DNA of 64,000 nucleotides from Candidatus Latescibacterota bacterium (GTDB lineage Bacteria; Latescibacterota; UBA2968; GCA-2709665): NCBI GenBank assembly GCA_965248435.1, contig OZ252100.1, positions 5,568,001 to 5,632,000 of the forward strand, read 5' to 3'. Shown piece by piece: positions 38,711 to 49,731 of this stretch (position 1 is its first letter; each line of letters starts with the position of its first letter). The notes under the pieces were generated by a model. It saw only the letters and a program-made list of their open reading frames with translations, ran no database searches and was not told where the DNA came from. The position numbers and the translations under genes were made by a program.

Positions 38711-40580
38711 GCTCTTTCGAAATTCTAGAGAAGATTCCACATATTGTATGTTCGCTATCTCCCTTCCTTAAGAACGTAATTCTCCTCAAAAAATTCTTAA
38801 TCCTGAAAGCATAAAAGGCACTATTCGAAAAGGAACTAACCATTTAAGCTTTCGGATTGTGGCGGTTTCCCTCCTCGCTTAATCCATCCCATATATAGGC
38901 TGATAGCTCAACCACCAGGAGCCAGAAGCCACTCCTTCCGTCGTTTTCCCTTCTGCCTCACTTGTCTTGGTAATTAAGAACGGGGCTCATTGAGAAGTGG
39001 GCTACTAAAGTTTGAGTGATGTGAATGGAAACAAAAGTGGATGGGTTTCAGTTGAACCCCAAGTTTGGAAATAGTCAAAGTCCAGGAAAAGAGCAAGGTT
39101 GCGAAATAATACCTTCCGCATATGTTTTTCATACTGCCATAGCACAGTGAAATAGTATTAAGACTTCATTCAACTCCTAATCATTGAGATGAAATCCTAT
39201 GACTCTATCCCAGATGCAAGAACTCTGAGCAATTCAATATCTCAAATCCAATCTTTGGAAGGAACAATTAGGGCAACTCAATTTGAGAAACTTTCAGATC
39301 TAAAGGGTATAGTGAAGCAGCTTGGCAGGGATTTTCAGGAAAGAACCTTCCTCCACCAGAGAAACAAACAGAAACTCTCAACCACTCTTCTAAGAATTGA
39401 TAATGAAATTCTACAAGGCCAAAGAGGAAGAGAAACAGACTTGACTAGAGTTGAGCTAGAAGGTCTGAGAGATGAGGAAAGAACTCTTCAGGACCTTAAC
39501 ACTTTGAAAGGACAGATTCGGCACTATGGCTTGGAGTATAGAGATTTGCAGAGGAGCCTCAGACTGCTCCCAGGTGCCTATATAAATAGGCAGCTCATCC
39601 TGGATCTTAGGCCAATACTGCCTCGGCCTATGGGCGATTTAATTCTGCTGTCGTATGACGCTAAGACCCAGCACACTATTCTACTGGAACCACCATCTAA
39701 AGATGAATGTAAGGGTGAGTTTCAGCTTGGAAGTGTGGTGTATGACTCTAAGGAGTTGAGAGAATTTTCTATTTCTAGGGAAGACCTAAATCGCCATCTG
39801 GTTGTTGTCGGAAAAAGTGGAGAGGGAAAGACTTCATTTGTAAGACTCTTACTTCAGGGACTTTTGGGCAAAGTGCCCTTCCTCATATTCTCCTTCAAGA
39901 AAGAATACTCTTACCTTACACAACGTCCCAATGTCAAAGTGATAAGATGGGACCAGCTCACATTCAATGCTCTAAGACCGCCTGGAAATCTAAAAGAGTG
40001 GGTTGCTAATTTCTCCGACTCTTTCTGTCAAGAGACTTCACTGTTAATCGGATCTAAATCATTTCTCATAGACCAGCTCGGCTATCTTCTCAAACACAAA
40101 GACGGGGCCTTCCCCAATCTCAGAGACGTAATCACCTTACTCAGCACCCTTAGTTTTTCGGCCCGGCAACGCGAAGCTCAATATCTAAGTGTTGTTCAAA
40201 ACCGTCTGAGAAGTCTGGCCTTTTCCATCCCCCATATCATTTCCTGTAGAGATGGAGTTAACCTGAAGTCTTTATTGGAGGGGAATGTTGTCATAGAGCT
40301 GGATTCATTGAATCTCGATTCGCAAAACTTCATAATTTCAACACTCCTCACCTGGACTTTCCTCTACCGCATTTCCAAAAATGAAAAAGGAAAATTGAGG
40401 CACGTCATCATTTTTGATGAAGCCAAGAGAATCTTCGATCGAAACAAAGAGAAGAGAGTAACAGAAGGTTTGCCTCAGATTGACATTCTCACATCTCAAA
40501 TTAGAGAATATGGTGTGGGGTTGGTTGTGCTGGATCAGGAAGCTTCAAAGTGATGTGGCCTTGAAAAAGTGGACGGTGAA

Positions 40581-41426
40581 CTAAGCCGCTTTTTGGTGTT
40601 CGAAGGCGGCTGGAGATACGTAATCCAAAGACGCGTGCAGCCGCTGGTTGTTGTAGAAGACCTCGATGTATTCGAAGAGTTCTGGCTCGGCGTGCTCGAG
40701 GTCGTCCAGGTCGATGTGGTAAGCCCACTCGGTCTTGAGGGACCGGAAAAGGGACTCGGACACTGCGTTGTCCCAGCAGTTCCCCTTTCGGCTCATGCTC
40801 TGGACGAACCCATATTCGGCGATCTTTTCCCGGAACCCCTCGCAGCAGTATTGGATGCCGCGGTCGGAGTGGATCATCAGCCCCTTTGGCGGACGCCGGG
40901 CACGGATAGCACGCGAGAGCGCCTTGAGGACCATCTCGTGCCGCAGGCTGGTGCTCACGCACCACCCGACGATGCGCCGCGAGAACAGGTCGATGAAGAC
41001 CGCCAGATACAACCAGCCAGCCTTGCTCGGCAGATACGTAATGTCGCTGGCCCACACCCTGTTCGGCGCGTCGATGTCAAAATTGCGATCCAGCAGGTTC
41101 GGCGCCGCAGCCAGATGGTGATTCGAGTCCGTTGTGGCCCTGAACTTCCGTGCGACCTTCGACCGCAGGCCCTGCCGGCGCATCGATTGGGCAACTCGCG
41201 TGCGGCTGCACGGATGGCCCTGGCCGGTCAAATACCGGGCGATCTTCGTGCTGCCGTAGCGAGCTTTGTGCGCCTCGAACGCCGCTCTGACTCGGGCGTC
41301 CAGAAGCCGCCGGGCCCTCTTTCTGGCGCTCTCGGGCCGCAGCAGCCAGGCATAGAAACCGCTCTTGGATACCTCCAGGACCTTCGCCATCCTCTCCACC
41401 GAAAATTCCCAGCGGTGGTCCCTCAT
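40581..41426 (-). CDS. IS3 transposase OrfB (DDE)
   Basis: W.SDITY, DLFSRRIVGW, HSDRG.QY, SRKGNCWDNA..ES, YN..R.H. Confidence 0.95.
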   Translation of the reverse strand: MRDHRWEFSVERMAKVLEVSKSGFYAWLLRPESARKRARRLLDARVRAAFEAHKARYGSTKIARYLTGQGHPCSRTRVAQSMRRQGLRSKVARKFRATTDSNHHLAAAPNLLDRNFDIDAPNRVWASDITYLPSKAGWLYLAVFIDLFSRRIVGWCVSTSLRHEMVLKALSRAIRARRPPKGLMIHSDRGIQYCCEGFREKIAEYGFVQSMSRKGNCWDNAVSESLFRSLKTEWAYHIDLDDLEHAEPELFEYIEVFYNNQRLHASLDYVSPAAFEHQKAA

Positions 41427-41737
41427 GAACCGGAACCGGCTTTCGGTGTCTTTGAAAAGATGGCGACTGCTTTTTTTAGGATGTCCCGTTCCTCACGAGC
41501 GATCTCCAGCTCGCGACGCAGACGGCGGTTCTCCTCCTCCAGGGGCTTCTGGTGCCCCGTACCCGGGAAGGACTCTTCAGGGTCGGCTTCAAGTTCCTTG
41601 CGCCACGTGCGGATCGCTCCCTGGTACAGCCCCAGGTCTCGCTCTACCTGCCGATCCGTCACGTCGCCGGCATCCGCGATCCGGACTGCTTCACGCTTGA
41701 AATCGGAATCAAATGTCCGTTTCGGTTTCCCTTTCAT
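41423..41737 (-). CDS. IS3 transposase OrfA
   Basis: FKREAV...LRRELEIAREERDILKKA; A7G slippery site around 41470-41477 for -1 frameshifting. Confidence 0.92.
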   Translation of the reverse strand: MKGKPKRTFDSDFKREAVRIADAGDVTDRQVERDLGLYQGAIRTWRKELEADPEESFPGTGHQKPLEEENRRLRRELEIAREERDILKKAVAIFSKTPKAGSGS

Positions 41738-42693
41738 AGACACACCTCCTGACGGAAGATACTTTGGTTCTCGGTGTGTCCACAATTTCAAAACGCCTCA
41801 AAGCTCACCCATTCTATTCTAGCTAATACGCACATTAAAATTGCTCTCCAGCTAGGGAATGGAATTGATATTGATACGTTTGCTAAAGCAATGAGCTTAC
41901 GCCGAAAAGATTTTCTAACAATGCTCAATGTGGGAGAGGGAGTAGTGAAAATCGGAAAACTAAATCCCTTCTTGCTCAAGATTCCATACGTTCCAATCCC
42001 CAAGGCCGATTTACCCCGATTTACCAGTTTTACCCAGGAAGGAAAGCAGATTTACCCGATTTACTCTTCTGATAAACTATCTATACTGGCCCTTGGTTTT
42101 CTAACTGACATCTCTCTCTACCCTGAAAGCAGAATCACAGAGAGGTATAAACGCTTAGGGATGAATCCAAAAACAGGAAATAATCTGAAGAAGGCATTAC
42201 TAGAGCGGAGTCTGATTAAAGAGCGAAGGGTGTATAATGGACGGAACGTAGTTCTCCTGGACCTAACTCCAAGCGGGGCTTTGAGTCTGGAGCAAAATCC
42301 CAGAAAAGGATGGAGGAAGGGGAATTCAGAGCATCAATACTGGAGATACAGAGCAGCTAATCACTATAGAGAGCTGGGATATGAAGTAGAAGAGGAAGTT
42401 GCTGTTGGTGAGGGTAGGAGCGTGGATGTGATTGCTAAGAAAGGAAAGGAGAGTCTTGGGATTCAGATTGAAACTGGATCTTCAGACATTGGGAGAAATG
42501 TGGAGACCTGTTTAGATGCTGGGTGTTCCAAGGTGTTCTTGATTCCAACCAATCAGGAAGCAAAGAAAACAGTGGTAGAGGTAGTGAAGGAGTGGTATCC
42601 TGCGCCTGTGTCTCTGATGACGACTCGTTTTCTCAAAACTCTACGTGATATTGTCTGACTCAACTATCCATCTACATCCGGGGATGACCTAGG

Positions 42694-43290
42694 TTGGATA
42701 AAACAACATTGAGAAAGAGGCAAATTATGAGTGTGGGAAGATGTATTGAGAGGGCAATAGATTCATATAAGCGGAATGATTTTGAGGATGCTTTTTTACA
42801 GACCAGCGTTGCCGTAACAGCCACATCGGAAAAGGAGTATCCCAAAGAGGGAGCTGATAACAGAAAATACAAGAAATTTATCGGAGACAACATAGCATTG
42901 ATTACGAATGTAGCACTCGGCAATATTACGCTGCACAAAGGGATTTCGCTAAAGTATAGTCATCCCAAATTGAAGGAAAGCCAAGATGGCACTTATACAA
43001 TCGAAGAGATACTTTATCACATTGTCAGATGCTGTTTGATTCATGAAGCAGGACTTCCCCCAAATCTATCCATCACAGATCAGAATCTCTTCAAAACTGA
43101 AGGCGAAAAAAGTCCATTACTTCTTCCAGCATCCTTGGTCCTCGGAATGCTTGTTTCCGTTGTAACATCACCTGAAAACACAATGGAGAAGATTTCTCCA
43201 AATTACCAAATTAGCATCAAAGGTGAAGATCGATTTCTAAGTGATCTGCGTGGCAAGAAGAAGGACCTCGAACAGGAGCTGGGATTGTAG
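42694..43290 (+). CDS. Hypothetical protein, possible HEPN (Rx4H)
   Basis: LYHIVRCCLIHEA; start may be ATG 42727. Confidence 0.6.
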   Translation: MDKTTLRKRQIMSVGRCIERAIDSYKRNDFEDAFLQTSVAVTATSEKEYPKEGADNRKYKKFIGDNIALITNVALGNITLHKGISLKYSHPKLKESQDGTYTIEEILYHIVRCCLIHEAGLPPNLSITDQNLFKTEGEKSPLLLPASLVLGMLVSVVTSPENTMEKISPNYQISIKGEDRFLSDLRGKKKDLEQELGL

Positions 43291-43354
43291 TTTCGGGGCA
43301 GGTAACACTACTACTCTGCTCTTCTTGTTGGTTCCATCAAAGTAACAATATTCT

Positions 43355-44668
43355 CTAAATCGTTTCAGCACTCGTGTTTCTTTGCGATTTGATATCCCTC
43401 ATCTGGCTTTGAAGTTGCGTCACCATTTCTTTCAGTTTAAACAATTCCCCGACAGAATTCTGCTCTAAGAACTCCTTAACCTTTTCAAGCCCCTCATCAT
43501 CACTTCTCATCTTCTCTCTAATTTTATCCGAATCTACCAAGCGAAGACACTTAGGACAAGTATCCTCTGAAAATCCTATCTGAGCAAAACTACAAAATGG
43601 ACACTGCTTCGTCTTGGGAGTAGAGTGTTGACCCTTTGTATCGGTAAGCAGTCCTTTTCTGGTAAGGTCTCTTTGGAAGGCATCTTCCTGTGTGTTCATA
43701 TCATAGCTGTTTAAGGGACGCATAGAAGTCCACCTGCTCTTGTATTTGACATCCTGCGGAGGAACCCCGTTCGCTAAATCAGTGGTGATGCCATTTCTCT
43801 TGAATGAGTAGCAGGTGATATGTTTACCAATACCAAGTTCCGCACAAGCTTTTTTGAGCAAATCATTAACAGTATCTGGATGTAATTGTTTTTTCTTTTC
43901 ATCAAGAAACAGATAAGCATCGGGATCTGATTTGAAGGGATGCTGGCTATACCACTTCATCACATAGGGAAAACTTAGAGTCAAGGGCAGAAACCCAATC
44001 CCTTCCTTACCGTGTTCAGAGATCATAATTTTTCCATAGCCATCGAAAATCTTGAGGCTCCGGATTCTTGCAAAAGCAGTCTCTTGGGGTCTGCCATATC
44101 CATCGAACATAGTAATTAGGAACGCCTGCACAGAAGGGTGAGAGCTGAAGTAGTTTATCAACTTCATAAACTCATCCCAGGTAAGTTTGTCCTTCCGCTC
44201 TTCTTCCTGGCTCTTATCAATCTTGGCTTTAAGGTGTCTTACGGGATAGGGTGTTGTTGTCAGGTCCAATCTTCCCTGTGGGTCGACCTCTGGGAGTAGC
44301 TGCCTCCATAAGAACTGAATATCTGCAATGAAATCCGTTTTTGTCTTCGGCTTATTGAGACGAGTATATGCAAAGGCTACAATTTCATCTAAATCGTCTG
44401 GTCCACATTCTGCCAGATCCTTTGTAGTTGCGTGGCATATAATTCTGAGAGTGTAGAACAATTTGCACCTTCGAATATAGCTGGTATCTCTTGAATCAAG
44501 CTTTACAGCCATCTTCCTGAAGTATTCTAGGTTCTTAGAGTTCTTGCAGTAGTAGATCCCTCTCAGTCTTCCACTTCGTCTCTCATCAGGTTGGAGAGCA
44601 AATTGGTCTAGGGTAGCCAGCAGTCTTTCGTAAGTTCCTTTGTATCCATAAATGTCATCCTTTACCAT
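43355..44668 (-). CDS. Tyrosine recombinase/integrase, archaeal-like, with C-terminal zinc ribbon
   Basis: GRPQE, GKEG, W..QHP...DPDAYLF, TCYSFKRNG, RWTS.....Y, CPFC...CPKC, coiled tail. Confidence 0.85.
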   Translation of the reverse strand: MVKDDIYGYKGTYERLLATLDQFALQPDERRSGRLRGIYYCKNSKNLEYFRKMAVKLDSRDTSYIRRCKLFYTLRIICHATTKDLAECGPDDLDEIVAFAYTRLNKPKTKTDFIADIQFLWRQLLPEVDPQGRLDLTTTPYPVRHLKAKIDKSQEEERKDKLTWDEFMKLINYFSSHPSVQAFLITMFDGYGRPQETAFARIRSLKIFDGYGKIMISEHGKEGIGFLPLTLSFPYVMKWYSQHPFKSDPDAYLFLDEKKKQLHPDTVNDLLKKACAELGIGKHITCYSFKRNGITTDLANGVPPQDVKYKSRWTSMRPLNSYDMNTQEDAFQRDLTRKGLLTDTKGQHSTPKTKQCPFCSFAQIGFSEDTCPKCLRLVDSDKIREKMRSDDEGLEKVKEFLEQNSVGELFKLKEMVTQLQSQMRDIKSQRNTSAETI

Positions 44669-44691
44669 TTATCTTTAAGTGTTTCGATACC

Positions 44692-44702
44692 TTTTAAAAC
44701 AG
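44692..44702 (-). promoter_or_regulatory. Archaeal-type TATA promoter candidate for the integrase
   Basis: Minus strand TTTTAAAA, 23 nt before ATG 44668; no SD. Confidence 0.5.
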
Positions 44703-44852
44703 AGTAACACACCGCAGAAGTTATAACCCTTAAAGCGGGAGTGCCGCCCATTAGGATTAGAGTTTCGCGTTGCGTGTTTTCTGACCTTTTGTTTCTTCAA
44801 TCAGAAAAGTAGAACATCTATATCAATGTTTCGTTTTTGTAATCGTTTAGAA

Positions 44853-44972
44853 CTAGCAGTTTAACTCTCTAAGTTTTTCTTTTACGGCACGTCTAATGAA
44901 CGCAGATTTATTACGCATTTGTTTTAATTCTTTTTTAATTTCTGATTCAATTCTAAAGTGTTCGATTTCCAT
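44853..44972 (-). CDS. 39-aa ribbon-helix-helix (CopG-like) protein
   Basis: MEIEHFRIESEIKKELKQMRNKSAFIRRAVKEKLRELNC; not in the ORF track. Confidence 0.7.
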   Translation of the reverse strand: MEIEHFRIESEIKKELKQMRNKSAFIRRAVKEKLRELNC

Positions 44973-45129
44973 CCGGTTTCTTGCCTTCCTGATTTCTCCC
45001 TCCCATATCATTTAGCTATCCTCATTCTTCCGAAGTATTTCTTGAATTTCCTGTTTGGCATTCTCTGTCAAATCACCAATAGTTTTCATCAGCCTATCAT
45101 ACACTCCGCTAATTTCGTTCGCCTTTCTT

Positions 45130-45264
45130 CTAGTCCCCTGCATTCTCTAGGCCTCCATAAAGATATCTCTCTTTTCTGGATTCAATCAAGTAATCCACTT
45201 TTTGATTCACATCTTTTACAAGCTCATACGTCTCCCTAATCTTTCTTTCAAGATCCATCTTCAT
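45130..45264 (-). CDS. Small hypothetical protein
   Basis: MKMDLERKIRETYELVKDVNQKVDYLI...; TTTTTATAAA 22 nt upstream (45287-45296). Confidence 0.5.
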   Translation of the reverse strand: MKMDLERKIRETYELVKDVNQKVDYLIESRKERYLYGGLENAGD

Positions 45265-45490
45265 CTTTCCCTTATCACTTTGAAAGTTTATAAAAAGTCC
45301 TGCCTTGTCCTGACCCTGCACGAATACCCGCCAAAATATTTAACACCTAAGGATCTCACAACCTGAGTAAGCTGAAAGAGTTTCAGATTTCATCCGTCAC
45401 AGGCGTCACAGGGGTTCGAGTCATTTTAAAGGTCATAGATTAATTCCCCTGTTTCGCTGTCGGATTTCGATCTGCTTTTCGGCACTGGAG

Positions 45491-45985
45491 GTGTGTATTC
45501 GAATGTTACGCGAAAAAAGAAAACCAACTCGAAACTGTGGACTGGTAATTCCTATTGTTTTTCCTAAAGTAGAGAGTTTTGGTTGGAGAGCCAAAGTGCA
45601 ATTTAGAAGAGGCACTACTAAGATTACTGTGAAGAAGGAAGTGCGGGAGGGAGCAAAATTGACTAAGGGATATCCCTTGCATTGCTATTTGGTCAAGAAC
45701 TTGGATGAGAGAGAAATGGTGTTGTGCTACCTGGATGGAGAAAGAGATTCAGTGCTGGACAATATTGGTGGGTATTACTGGCAGAGCAAACTACAACAAT
45801 GTGGGAAACGTTCAGCCGGATTTACAATTGCCAGACCTGTGGCTGTAGGAGCTGGATTAGGAAAGAGAACTCAACTCTATGGATATGTGGCTCGATGTAA
45901 TCGCAAGCCAGGATTTGTTCTCTATTTAGATGGAAAGCAACGAGGAGAGACTGAGTGGAAGAAGGGTGATAAGGATGGGGAATGA
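45491..45985 (+). CDS. Protein with two tandem AbrB/MraZ-like repeats
   Basis: W.AKVQ...KITV.KEV..GA.L.K...L.CY...LCYLDGER repeated as W.SKLQ...FTI.RPV..GA.L.K...L.GY...VLYLDGKQR. Confidence 0.6.
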   Translation: MCIRMLREKRKPTRNCGLVIPIVFPKVESFGWRAKVQFRRGTTKITVKKEVREGAKLTKGYPLHCYLVKNLDEREMVLCYLDGERDSVLDNIGGYYWQSKLQQCGKRSAGFTIARPVAVGAGLGKRTQLYGYVARCNRKPGFVLYLDGKQRGETEWKKGDKDGE

Positions 45986-46361
45986 GATGAAATTGATGGA
46001 TGTCTACAAGGTTTTGGTGGAGAGATGCTATGATGGAATTGAAAATGTCTGGAAAATCAGCAGGATTGTGTTTCAGACAAATTGCGGCGACATCATCCAC
46101 AAGCCCTTCAAGGAAATGGAAGTCAGCCAGGAGGTTGGTGGGAAGAAGATGTGCCTAGTTCATAAAGAGAAGATTAGGCTTGAGGAATTACATCCAATGG
46201 TTTTGGAAGTGAGCCATAAATCTATTGATGAGGGAATTTGCAAAATCCTTACAAACTTCCAAAGTCTAGTGAGGGGTGGTGAAATTTATAGGTCTTTCTC
46301 AAGTGAGGATATACACAACCTTGAGCTACTTCCGATTGAGGAAAAGGTAAAGGGAGTGTGA
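45975..46361 (+). CDS. Hypothetical protein
   Basis: ORF overlapping the upstream gene end in operon-like packing. Confidence 0.55.
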   Translation: MGNEMKLMDVYKVLVERCYDGIENVWKISRIVFQTNCGDIIHKPFKEMEVSQEVGGKKMCLVHKEKIRLEELHPMVLEVSHKSIDEGICKILTNFQSLVRGGEIYRSFSSEDIHNLELLPIEEKVKGV

Positions 46362-46370
46362 AATTGGAGA

Positions 46371-46871
46371 ATGAATCACGCACACACTTGTGGACGGGGC
46401 AACCTTGAATTGATCAAGCAGTCGCCTCTTTACCATATGCACGGACTTGGGCTAAAGGTCATCCGGGAATGTCCATATGATGTCGTAGGAGGGATTCAAA
46501 TTACCAAGCCTTCAGAGACCTACCCCTTGCTCGAGGATCTTCTAAAGGGCGAGGAGAAAGAGCATTTTTACTCCATCCTGCTAAATACAAGGAGCGAAAT
46601 ACAGGGTGTTGACTTGGTTAGTGTAGGGAGTCTGAATGCCTCTCTTGTCCATCCTCGGGAGGTTTTCAGACTTCCAGTTATTTGTGCTGCTGCCAGTATT
46701 ATCGTGGCTCATAATCATCCGTCTGGAAGTCCTACTCCAAGTAGCGCGGATATTGACCTGACAGAAAGATTGGTTAAGGCAGGAGAGATTATGGGAATTG
46801 AGCTGCTTGACCACATTGTCTATGGCGACCCAGGACACTTTATGAGCCTACGAGAGGGAGGGGTGATGTAG
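46371..46871 (+). CDS. radC: RadC-family JAB domain protein (short, MGE type)
   Basis: EHF..ILLN, GSLNASLVHPREVF, AHNHPSGSPTPSSAD, LLDHIV. Confidence 0.93.
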   Translation: MNHAHTCGRGNLELIKQSPLYHMHGLGLKVIRECPYDVVGGIQITKPSETYPLLEDLLKGEEKEHFYSILLNTRSEIQGVDLVSVGSLNASLVHPREVFRLPVICAAASIIVAHNHPSGSPTPSSADIDLTERLVKAGEIMGIELLDHIVYGDPGHFMSLREGGVM

Positions 46872-46877
46872 AAGGAA

Positions 46878-47240
46878 ATGACTGAGGAGTATTCAAGGAA
46901 GGATGTTGAAAGTGCGGTTCTTTACGTAGATACCTCTATGAACGAAATACTGTGGAACTTGTATGCGTGGAAGGACTCTGAATTTCTAGCAACGGGAGAA
47001 GGCCCAGCTCTAACAACCTTGAGCAGCAAGAGATATCCATCAGGCTGTTTGGATATGAAAGTTGTGTTTCACTATCCGCATAGAACTGAAAGAAGTGTCT
47101 GGGATTGTCTGAAGATGAGTTATGCAGAGTATGTGAAGGTGAAAGCCACAACTGTTTTGGAATTTGGGAATGAGGGCTTGGAAAAGATGGTGGTTGAAGG
47201 AAAAGACCAAAGAGGTGATGAAGATAGAGCTGGAGGATGA
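46878..47240 (+). CDS. Hypothetical protein
   Basis: 120-aa ORF with AAGGA SD, in operon. Confidence 0.55.
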   Translation: MTEEYSRKDVESAVLYVDTSMNEILWNLYAWKDSEFLATGEGPALTTLSSKRYPSGCLDMKVVFHYPHRTERSVWDCLKMSYAEYVKVKATTVLEFGNEGLEKMVVEGKDQRGDEDRAGG

Positions 47241-47583
47241 GTTAAGAAGAAATCTTGCATACTTCACTGGAACAAGCCGATACTATGGGCATTGGTCCGG
47301 GATTTTGTATACTGATGGAATTCAGTATCTTGCTGAGAAGGGAGAATGTTACTGGCTGCTTGACGGCATTGGGGTCTATCAGCATAAGCCGATTGTGAGG
47401 AGGACTGAATTTCAGTTGTGGGAGTTAGATGTAAAGGATGATAGGTCAGCTTTGTTGGAAATGCGGGAGGATACTGGATTGCCGGCGATTGTGAGGCAGG
47501 AAATTAAGTATACAGATTTCCCTCTAGATTCGATCAGGCTGTATTTCGCAAACAATGTGCTTCATTTGCCAAGTGAATATTGA
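47218..47583 (+). CDS. DUF6876-like MGE protein
   Basis: FTGT..YY, YTDG..YLAE...CYWLLD, FQ.W.L, YTDFPL, LPSEY. Confidence 0.75.
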   Translation: MKIELEDELRRNLAYFTGTSRYYGHWSGILYTDGIQYLAEKGECYWLLDGIGVYQHKPIVRRTEFQLWELDVKDDRSALLEMREDTGLPAIVRQEIKYTDFPLDSIRLYFANNVLHLPSEY

Positions 47584-47706
47584 TGAACTACTGGACTGAG
47601 GTCTATGCAGGATGCAGCTTTCGATTGGCTGGAAGGTTCTGAAATGCTCCACCATTCTCACTAATCCCAGAGGGAAGAAATCAATCTTTTTTAGAGAGTA
47701 TAGGAT

Positions 47707-49731
47707 ATGAGCTTAATTGCGATCCAAACTCCCATAGAGGAGGCTGCTGATACCGCCAGAGAGTATCTTGCGCGAACTGGGATTCTTGCCAGACGTTTCT
47801 ACAACAACAAGGTCCAGGAGATAATATCTGAGGAAGAAATTACTCTTGTGTCCAATAGTAAAAGCATCTTCACCATATGGACTTGTAACATAACCGAGAA
47901 GCTTGGAACCTGTTACGTAAGAACTGAACTCAAAGTTAGACCCTTCATCCCTTTATTCCTATTAGCTGCTACCTTGATTCTAATGCTGGGTTGGTTTCGT
48001 CAATTCGGATATCCTTGGGATGCTGGATTTTTTATGTTCAACAGACCCCAAGAAGGAGAATCTATGTTTGACCGCCTTCTGTCGGTTGCCCCTGACCTCT
48101 CCGCCATTCTGGTTCCAGTAATGTTTTCAAATCGCCTAGGCATATTCCTGGAAAAGTCAGAGAATCAATTCTTGACTCATCTCATTGGGAGGATAGGGGA
48201 TAAGGAATCTCCAATCATCGAGCCTGTCGAACGGTCTCATCTTCAGCTTATGTTGTCTACAGCGTTTCCCATTAGTCTAATGCTTCCCATTCTACTTTTT
48301 CAGCTGGGGTTTTCAATCATAGGATTTCTTTTTTTAGCGTTTGCACTCTCAGAACGTGTTCCAATTATTCTGGCATCTTACTTCAAGAGCCCATATCTGT
48401 CCTGGCGGATGGGGATTATTGATATTGCTAGTAGATGGGCGAGTCCGATAATCCACATAGTGATGTTTTTGGGCTTCTCCTACCTCCTATACAACCTAAT
48501 TCTGTCTTGGACCGAATTTTCTGAAGCAGGAGCAGCAGCTTCAAATAGTGGAGAATGGAGTGTATTGATTCACAAATTTAGTAGAAGTTTTAGCTGGGAT
48601 CCCTTTTCCCAAGTGATTAACTCTCGACCTAGGTCGCCCATTGCTTCAATCGGATATCCCTTTGTCGCTTTGATTCCGGACAAACCCAAATATGGTGTGC
48701 GGCTTGCTTCACTTTTGCTTCTTTTTTGGTTTGCCCTCCTTTCGGCGCAGATTCTCAGGGGTTTCTTCCGCCTACGATGGATTCCTCGGGATTGGGAAAC
48801 CTTGAGTGCTCGTAGGATCTCAAGCCAGGTGGCGGTCCCCTCTCATTTATCTTCAGCCGGTCGCACAATAACTTCAAAAATGATAATGGGGATGCTTCTT
48901 TCCTTTTATTCTGTCTTCAATCTTGTCGGCTTCCTTGTTGGTCTGGAAGTAGCCCTCTATATAATGAGTGAAAGGATGAAACTTGTAACCCCCTTTGGTG
49001 TGATTCTAGCAGTGGTGCCAGCATTGTCTTTCACGGCTTTTCCCACATCCCCAATTGATTGGGTTATGGGCTATAAAGTAGCAGCGTTTATTCTCTTTCC
49101 AATATCGCTCCCCGCATTTATCATTTGGTCTGTCTGGGCTCACAGATTCGGTAATATGCTCTTCAATTCAACAAGGTTCAAAGATAGCAATAAAGCTATT
49201 TCGATTGCACCATTGGTTGAAAAGGCTAGTAAGAAGCTCTCAGTGCCAAGGCCCTGGATAGTGGTAAGGGACAATATTCAGATGCCGATTTTGTTGGACA
49301 CTGGATGGCCTTGGAATAGACGCGCGATTATTTACCTGCGCGAAAGGGCGATCTCTTACCTAACAGAGGAACAGATGTATGCTGCTTTGGCTCACGAAAT
49401 TAGTCACATCAAGCAAGGATTATTGTCTTTAAGGTTAGCACGTCTCATTTCTCTGCTCACTCTTTTCCCCGGGAATATTTTCTCAATATTTGTAGACTTG
49501 GACGGGAGAGAGTTTGAGGCTGACAAGTTGGCTATCGTTGAAGCCGGGGCGGATAAGGTGGCTCTCCAATCAGTGTTGATATGGAACTCAAGAAGGGAAA
49601 AGAAGGAAGAGAAATTCAGGCGATTTCGTCAACGTTATAGCACCATAACAGAATTTCTCTTTGCAGATAACTTAACCAATTACATCCACCCGCCCCTATC
49701 TGAAAGACTCGGGAAAATTCGAGAGCTATGA
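47707..49731 (+). CDS. Multi-TM protein with C-terminal M48 (HtpX-like) zinc peptidase
   Basis: AALAHEISH, EFEAD, HPPLSERL. Confidence 0.85.
   Translation: MSLIAIQTPIEEAADTAREYLARTGILARRFYNNKVQEIISEEEITLVSNSKSIFTIWTCNITEKLGTCYVRTELKVRPFIPLFLLAATLILMLGWFRQFGYPWDAGFFMFNRPQEGESMFDRLLSVAPDLSAILVPVMFSNRLGIFLEKSENQFLTHLIGRIGDKESPIIEPVERSHLQLMLSTAFPISLMLPILLFQLGFSIIGFLFLAFALSERVPIILASYFKSPYLSWRMGIIDIASRWASPIIHIVMFLGFSYLLYNLILSWTEFSEAGAAASNSGEWSVLIHKFSRSFSWDPFSQVINSRPRSPIASIGYPFVALIPDKPKYGVRLASLLLLFWFALLSAQILRGFFRLRWIPRDWETLSARRISSQVAVPSHLSSAGRTITSKMIMGMLLSFYSVFNLVGFLVGLEVALYIMSERMKLVTPFGVILAVVPALSFTAFPTSPIDWVMGYKVAAFILFPISLPAFIIWSVWAHRFGNMLFNSTRFKDSNKAISIAPLVEKASKKLSVPRPWIVVRDNIQMPILLDTGWPWNRRAIIYLRERAISYLTEEQMYAALAHEISHIKQGLLSLRLARLISLLTLFPGNIFSIFVDLDGREFEADKLAIVEAGADKVALQSVLIWNSRREKKEEKFRRFRQRYSTITEFLFADNLTNYIHPPLSERLGKIREL

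Larger units (their letters stand above)
40551..41800 (-). mobile_element. IS3-family insertion sequence
   Basis: TG...CA ends with imperfect IRs (TTGAAA..GTGGAC), AAG target duplication, 1250 bp, GC-rich. Confidence 0.95.
39189..42658 (+). pseudogene. HerA/VirB4-like ATPase-wHTH-PD-(D/E)xK protein interrupted by IS3
   Basis: RHLVVVGKSGEGKT, IIFDEA, REYGVGLVVLDQEASK joined to LTHSILANT after removing the IS; C-terminal SEH.YW...VDV...IQIETG. Confidence 0.88.

Noticed and set aside
40569-41822. 417-aa plus-strand ORF
   Set aside because: Antisense shadow of the GC-rich IS3 orfA/orfB
45410-45425. GGTTCGAGTC as a tRNA or att fragment
   Set aside because: No T-stem or acceptor pairing around it
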